From: Eledone cirrhosa
Lineage: Eukaryota
Reading direction: 5' to 3'
DNA length: 64,000 bases
NCBI GenBank assembly: GCA_964016885.1
Contig: OZ024745.1
Span: 62,124,001 to 62,188,000 of the forward strand
The notes beneath the pieces are model-generated. The model searched no databases and was not told the origin of the DNA. It worked only from the letters and a program-made list of their open reading frames with translations. Positions 56,444-64,000 of the stretch are shown in pieces (positions within the stretch are counted from its first letter, which is position 1; every line of letters starts with the position of its first letter). The position numbers were made by a program, and so were the translations under genes.

Positions 56444-58125
56444 ATGGATTACTCAGAGTCACTCCTTCCTCACAATCCAACACCTCACACCGACACCACC
56501 ATTGTAAATATTGCTACGTTTGCCAACACTGGAATTGTAAGCGGTAGCAATATTTTAAATTTGTCTCAGGCAGACGTTCGTTTCCCGCCATTACCAATGA
56601 CTGCAGGTGTTAAAGCCGCCACCACCACCACCACCACCACCGCGACAACAGAAACAAAAGAAAAAAATAAATTAACTCATGATATCGAAATGAATTCAAC
56701 CAAAATGAACTCTTCGACACCGAACACCACTGACGCCACCACCACCACAACTGAAACTAAAATTAACAATAGCAAAAATAACGATAATAACAACAGCAAC
56801 AATGAAATTAAGAAAACTACCCTGAGTTTTGCCAGAGTAGCAAAAGCGTGCGAAGCGATCCAGGTAACTCAGGAAGAATTAGACGAAGCCAAAGGAATGG
56901 TAATGAAAGATGGGTACAGGGTCAGCCTCACCCCCCAACTAATAAAATGGAGCAACGTCGCCTATGCACAGTGTCTTATCGGACAATAAACATAAAATCG
57001 CGCCGAGTGGAACGGGCATCTGAGTCCCAAATCCAAAAAGCTTTGGGACATGTGTGGGCAAAAAAAACCCATATCAGACGTTGGCAGAAGTATGGAACCG
57101 TGGATGTGTTCTTTGAAACACCACAGGAGGCCAGAGAACACTCCATGGCCCCATTAAGAAGTGACGGCTTCACACTCATCCCAAGCTATTGTGGCCAGAG
57201 ACTTGTGAAGGTCAGGGTGACCCACGTTCCACCGGCCATCGAAATTCTCTGGTTAATGGCTGCCGTCCTCGCCGGCATCGAGGCCAACACCAAAATAATA
57301 GAAATAGCAAAAGAAAAGCAGGAGAACTGGTCCGGATCTGGGATGGAGCTCCTGATCCAAGCGGACCATAAAAGCATTGAGGAGATCCCAGAGGTAATAG
57401 ACCTCACTGACGGCAGCCACCTCACCGTAATCGTCGAGGGCAGAAGGTGTGTCGTTTGTGGTGAAGGAAGCCACCTAAGGGCTTTCTGCCCTCAGGCTAA
57501 AAGGTTGAGGCCACCTCTCTTACTCACGCCAGTGACTCAACCATCAACACCACCAGCAGCAGAAATAGCAGCAACAACTGTAGCAGCAACAACAGAAGCA
57601 ACTGTAACAGCAACAACTCCAGCAACAGTAGCAAAACCAACACCACCACCACCCAACACCCCAGAACTAGCACCAGCGCCTACACCATCCACCACGCCAC
57701 AACCAAAACCAACGCCTGTGGAGGATGTTCCACTCCCCGGCTTATCGCAACTGGAGACAGATTGTGACGACGAGGAGTGGGAAACGGTATCAGGAAAAAA
57801 GAAAAAAAAAAGAAACCAAAAAAGAAAAAAAATTCTCTTCCTTCACCCTCAAAAAACAAAATACAGAGGGAAACATAAATTATCGAACAAGAAAGTTAAG
57901 ACAGATATGCCACCATCCACACCAGCATCACCAACCCCATCACCACAAACACCAACACCATCACCATCATTAACCCCAACACCACCATCACCAACACCAC
58001 AAAAGTCACCAAAAAGCGTAACAGAAACAAACCCACAACAAACGCAAACAAAACAAAACAACCAAAATGATACACACTACACAGCATTAAATTTGAACAA
58101 CAACCAATTATTACACTACATGTAA
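56444..58125 (+). pseudogene. ORF1 (gag-like) with CCHC zinc knuckle, frameshift near 56985
   Basis: CVVCGEGSHLRAFC (C-X2-C-X4-H-X4-C), SFARVAK, WETVSGKKKKKR, Pro/Thr-rich linker. Confidence 0.75.
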
Positions 58126-58402
58126 CACAACACCAGCATCACAGAAAAAGACTACACAACAACCCAAAAGTTCACACCACCTCCACACATACAAATCACT
58201 CGCATCACACAGAAAACGTACACGACACTAAAACAAAAATTCCCCAAAGACATCGGAGACTTCCGACAAACACTCTCCAGGAGGATTTATAAGGACATCC
58301 TTCCGGAGAAGGCCACAAGCAGTGAAAAGGATGGACAAACCATCCTTCCTCTACGAGAAGTAAGGTAAGTCGTCTTTTCCATCTTTCCAACTCCATTTCA
58401 AC

Positions 58403-61400
58403 ATGACCTCACTCAGAATAGGCAGCATAAATGCGCGTGGCTTGGGGTCGTCATGGAAGCAGGGCCACCTGCTCAACGACCTCAGGTCACTAAACATAGA
58501 TGTAGTGGCCATCAGCGAGACCAGAATCTCCGAAGCACGGGCCTTCGCACCGATCTTCGGCGGCTACGATGTGTACGCACTCCCAGGCGTCCGGGATCGG
58601 GGGGTGGAGTTGCTGTGCTTTTTCGGAGAGGTTTGGATTTCGCCATACGCGTCATCTTCCTGGACCCAGAAGGTAAGTTGGTGGTGCTAGACGTGACCAG
58701 CGGAGACGGGAAAGCTTTCAGGCTAGTGGCCGTCTATGCCCCGACAGGAGCAGGGCAGCCTGATTTCTTCCGGCGTCTGGAGACCTTTCTCGGAACGTCC
58801 CGCAGTTTAGTGTTAGTGGGTGACTGGAACGGGATCTTAGATGCACGCTGGGACTGTGTGGGATTAGCGGATAGGGGAGGAGGGTGCAAGAGTCTCACCA
58901 ACCTGCTCAGGCGTTTTGAACTGTCTGACAGGTACCGATTGGATTTCCCGAATGTGCCAATGTGGACTTGGACAAATCGCATAGGGTCATTCAGATCATA
59001 TCTAGATAGAGTATTTTGTAGGGAAATAGATAGGTCTAGCATAGGCTGTCCACAATTCAAGATAGTCAGCTACACGGACCACAAATTCGTGATCTGTGTG
59101 CTTGACTTAGATAGGCTTTATAGACGAGGACCCGGCTACTGGAGCTAAACGCGTCCTTACCGGCGCGCAAGGCCTACAGAGACCGGATTAGCGAACTAGT
59201 TAAGCGGGAGTTGACGGGGGCCATCGTCAACAACAAATGGTGGTTTGCTCTGAAAAGGGCAATTAGAATAGAGTCCATTAGGTTTAGTAAGAGGGAGAAT
59301 TAGTAAGAAAATTAGACGAGACGCTTAGCAAAGGCATCTCGACCGACGTGCTTGCGACGAAATTGGCCCTTGACCAATTCTTCAATGCAAAGCACGAAGG
59401 CTGCGTTGTCAGAGCTAGGGTGCGTGCTCTCAGACACGAGGGAACGCAGACCTTCAATGGGCCCCACGATCCGGTCTTTGGTGGACCACGACGGGCGCAT
59501 GCTACTCGATCCCGGGCAAATGTGTGAAGCTTTTCAGCGACACTTCACTCAGTTGTTCGGGGGCAGCGGCGGGCCGGATCGAGGGATGGACTTTAGTATC
59601 TACCTCGACGGACTGCCGAGGCTCTCGGCCACTGAGGCGGAGTGTTGCGAAAAGCCGATAATAGCCACTGAAGTACGGGAGGTAATGACTAGCTGCACAA
59701 GGTGTAAATCGCCTGGTTTGGATGGTCTGCCCTATGAACTTTACGTACAGATGCCAGACTTTTTCGGAGGCCTCTTGGCGGATGTCTACTGCAACTGGCA
59801 ACAGAACGGGAGAATTCCCAGCTCTGTGAGCCGAGGAGCTGTGGCGCTGCTGAGAAAGGATCCGAACAAGGGGGATAACATAGATAATTTTAGGCCCATT
59901 ATTCTGCTAAACACAGAGTTCAAGATTTTGCCCAAGGTGCTAGCAAAGACGTTGGCGCTTGTCGTTGGTGGTCTGGTGGGAGAGGCGCAGACATGCGCCA
60001 TTCCCGACAGATCCATCCACGACAACCTCCACCTCATGCGATACATCGTAGAGAGGGTAGCTAGGGAACCTGGCACGGGTGGGTCCTTGATCAATTTAGA
60101 TCAGTCGAAAGATTTCGATAGGGTCGACCATCGTTACCTAGCGGCAGTCCTGAGGGCGGCTGGCTTTGGGCCAGTCTTCAGAGGCTGGATCGCTGCCATG
60201 CACAGCGACATCTGCTCTGTGGTGAGAGTGAACGGTCACCTTTCGGAACCGTTCAACATCATGCGCTCGGTCCGCCAAGGATGTCCCCTCTCGTCCCTCT
60301 TGTACGTATTGACTGTCGAGCCATTACTGCACAAACTGGAGACGATGAGGGGGGTCCCGCGCGAACTAGGATGCGGAAGATCCGTGTTAGCATATGCGGA
60401 CGGTGTTACCGTAGTGGTGTCGAACGCCAAACACATCGAGGCGATCGGCACTACACTAAAAGAATACGAAGCGGTGACAGGTGCAATGATCATCAACCAG
60501 GAAAAGTCAGTGGGCCCGCAGCTCGGCACCTGGAGATGCAGGTCCATGCCGTCCAACAGCGTCGTCTGTCGCTGCACGGACAGACCGGTTAAATTGCAGA
60601 AGGGTCTGGTTCGGTCCCGATCTCCAGATGGACAAAAACTGAGACGAGGTGACGAGCAGGGTGGCTTCTCTCACCCAGAAATGGGTCGTAGGAAGCTATC
60701 CCTGAAAGGTCAAGCGGAGGTGGCTAACGCGTACATCGCGTCCGTCATCTACTACCGCCTGACCGTCGTACCTTGTCCTAAGCCCCGCCTGACTGCGCTG
60801 GAGCGTTTGCTCGTTCGCTTTTTGTGGAAGGGACGCGCTCCGATGGTCAGGCGGTCCATCTGCTGTCAACACCCGCTACGTGGAGGGCTGGGCATGCCGT
60901 GGCTGATGATGCGCAGAAACGCGCTCAGGCTACGACATCTCCACCTCTTCCTCGACGGTGATCAGGTGTGGTAGCCGTTTGCTAGACACGTCTTTCCCCA
61001 GCTCGTCGCCTTGACGGAGCTGCAGTCCTGGGTCAAGCGAAGATCGAGAGGGAGCGCTTGGAGACTGGAATGTCTTCAGGCGCTCACAGCCCTCGACCAA
61101 TCGGGCAATGTGATCGGTGGAAACTCCACCTTGGCGTTCTATAGAGGATTAGGGGAGGGGAAGAGCGACGACGTATTTGGAGAAACTCTAGGCGTCGACG
61201 AAAATCAACTAGCCAATTTCTTCGGAAGGACTTTCGGGCCGGGGCCTATGGACAACTTCCAGAAATCCCTGGCCTGGCAGTGCTACCGAGGAGCTTTGCC
61301 AGTTCGGGATAAACTCTACAGGCATGGAGGTGCCGTCATCCGGGCATGTCCGTGATGCGCGCATGGCGACAAATCGTCCTGCACGCACTCGTTCAGTGCC

Positions 61401-61762
61401 GGAGCATAGCTGACTTGTGGGTTTATGTCGAACCCCTGCTGTCACGTGTAGGACAGATCCAGCTATCAGCTGAATCCATCGTGAGAATTGCCCCGCCCCC
61501 TTCCTTTAGCCAGGAAGGGCAAGCAGTTTTTATCTGTCTGGTGGCCATGGCGAAAGAGATAGTATGGTGGACACGTTTGAAAGGGCTGAAGACGAGCACT
61601 TACCTCTTCGGTGATGCCCCGATTAACTTTTTCAAATTTCATTTGAAAAGGAAAATCAGAGTAGAGAGGGAAGTGCTCTTTTCCCAGCATTTTGTTGAAA
61701 GATGGGTGAGAGAAGCAAGTATAGCCCGAGTGAATGGGCCTACTCTGAGTATGTGTCTGTAA
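58403..61762 (+). pseudogene. ORF2: APE endonuclease + RT + C-terminal domain, multiple frameshifts and stops
   Basis: GSINARGL, ISETR, VYAPT, GDWN, SYLDR, TDH; KSPGLDG, VRQGCPLS, YADG. Confidence 0.9.
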
Positions 61763-62002
61763 ATTAAATGTGGAAAACTGGGAGAGGGCACTTGCCCTGG
61801 TGGTCAGGGTCACTGTGGCCTTTTTAATGGCCACAAATGTCCCTTGGAAGTCTCCCCCCTATTGGGGAATTTTTCATTGTTATTTTTTATTACATCCTCT
61901 GTTTTCTTTTACACGCAGAAATGCCCATTTGTACCGTCCTGTATTGTCCTGTACTGTCCTTAATGTCTACTTTATGTAAACCCTTGTGGTTAATAAAGAA
62001 AG

Positions 62003-62033
<31 letters not shown>

Positions 62034-63961
62034 GTTATATTTTCCTTTGATTTCGTTTCATGTGCAAAGACTACCGTGTATTAACCAGATACTTAGGGCA
62101 GACAGTTTTCGATAACAGTTTTTTCAATTTGTTCCGCCCTCACATTCACTCAACAAGTCACATCACAAAAGTTGATTGGTAAATAAGTTTTTCAAAAATG
62201 TGAAGGTAGGTATAGGAAGAGATAAAGCGAAACATTAAGGAGTATAAAAGATTTGAATTAATTTTGCATTAAGGATATTTGAATGGTATTAAATATTAAT
62301 AAAATGTGCTCTAAAAATTAAACACAAAAGATTGTGTTGACGTATATTATAAGACAGATATTTACGAAATGTGTGGGCTGTTTTCGTGAGAACTAACTTT
62401 TGGATATCATAGATGCTAGGTTTACCAAATATGATTTCTAGAAGCTGTTGAACACATTTTCTATGGCACCTAGAGAGATGCAACAGATTGTGATTTTTAT
62501 GTTTAATACATTATAGATGTAGACAGGCAAATATCATATACTGGTAATCAAATTATTTAACAATTATTATTTCTATCCGACTTCACTTTATCTCTGTAGA
62601 CAAAAATAAAAACGTATATGTAAAATGTCTGATGCAGTCACTCTTAGGAACATACTAAATTGCATAAGAAATATATATTATGGGTTTCTTCGTTCTGGCT
62701 GTAATTCCTCGATCAACAACAGAAAGAAACACAAGTATCATATTTCGAGCTAGTGAACTGAGAGTAACTAAAAGTTAGGTCATTGACTATGCATATATGC
62801 AGCTCCTCATTCACATTTTATTACAGATATTCATTTACATTATTCTAAAAACAAAGCTACGTCAAAAAATATATTTAATTTACATTAAAAGAAGTTTGAA
62901 TATAATATGGCATATACAATGTAATTTGAAATATGCTTTAAATTAAATGAAAACTGAACATTATTTCAATTATAATGCTTGCTTTGTAACTTTTAAATTT
63001 AATTTTCTTACTGTAATACATCACATTTTATAGGTTGCTGTAACGTAGAAAAATGAAATTAAAAATAAAAGTTGTATTTCTGAGATAATGATTAAAAGTG
63101 AAATATGAACAAAAAATGAAGTAATTTTAAAATAATTTCCCTGCAGACATAGGTCTTTATTTAAAGATTATAATTAAAATTTAGTTTTTGATATTTTAAC
63201 TGTGAATATTCTAGAGAACTTGTGAGAAAATCTGTGTGAAGGGAAACGATGCTTCACAAACAAAATTATAATAAGATCCTTTGAACTAAGGAAGACGTAG
63301 ATACGGAAGAATGGTGTAGTGTTTCATAACTTTAGGCGTTACAAAAACCTTTAGATATCAATCTTGAAAGAAGTAGTTTTGTGCTAAATCTGTTGATATT
63401 GTTTTCAACAGTTGTGAGTTTGGAACAACCAAATTGTAATAGTATATATGATTTAGAATAAGACTTGATTATGCGTGGTTTTTTAGTAAAAGAGTGTAGC
63501 ATTTGACAGGATTCTGATATAGCCTGGTTTATTTAAACAATTTGCACTTTTCAAATTAGTAAATAAGCATCGTATTATCAATAAAACATTTGTAAAACGA
63601 CAAAATGTATTCTAATAACAATTTTCTATATCATAACGTGTCATGAAACAGCAAGATTGTAGCCCTCTGAATTCATTGGATAGATGTTAGCAAAATTTCA
63701 CGGTCCCATATTTAAAACAGTTAGCTTACAATTTCTAATAAAAGAGAAATTGTAGAAGTAACCGCAATTTCTTTCGGGCAAAAGAGGAAATAAATGTTAT
63801 TTAGGTAATGAAAACTGCCTACAACCATATAGAGTATATGTGTTCCATAATACAAGAATTCACACGGATATAAAAAAAAAACGAAATTACTGTGATGAAT
63901 TTGCTGTTAATACAATTTTACCATGAGTAATTATATCATCTATTCCGAAACTTCGTGTTGG

Positions 63962-63995
<34 letters not shown>

Positions 63996-64000
63996 TATAT

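Larger units (their letters stand above)
56229..62003 (+). mobile_element. Full-length degenerate Tx1/L1-type non-LTR retrotransposon flanked by (ATT)n on both sides
   Basis: ORF1 + APE + RT + C-terminal domain; 3' end taataaagaaagc-(ATT)n. Confidence 0.92.

Overview
Eukaryotic, AT-rich and microsatellite-saturated DNA with no host gene that I can support. The dominant tRNA-derived SINE resembles those of octopod cephalopods, so the taxon is an inference. The window is mostly retroelements. (1) Non-LTR elements: a near-intact RTE-like element (12.1-15.8 kb, -), a 5'-truncated R4/Dong-like RT+RLE element (53.4-56.2 kb, -), a full-length degenerate Tx1/L1-type element (56.2-62.0 kb, +) with a truncated sister copy (8.6-11.4 kb, -), and three tandem truncated copies of a related Tx1 family, each bounded by (CTAT)n (36.3-39.1 kb). 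(2) At least three coding Penelope-like element (PLE) families plus several non-coding pLTR-type families. (3) About 13 copies or fragments of one SINE. The most striking pattern is a recurring insertion architecture from about 55 bp to about 3.7 kb: (TA)n - inverted arm - direct arm - (TA)n, where one arm carries a 45-75 nt extra 'tail'. Many arms carry minimal type-I hammerhead ribozyme motifs, some with non-canonical cores (UUGANAA = U3-A8 covariant; CAGUUGA). In the smallest copies the fold-back junction lies in or next to the hammerhead stem-II loop. Most long ORFs in the supplied track are microsatellite translation artefacts.
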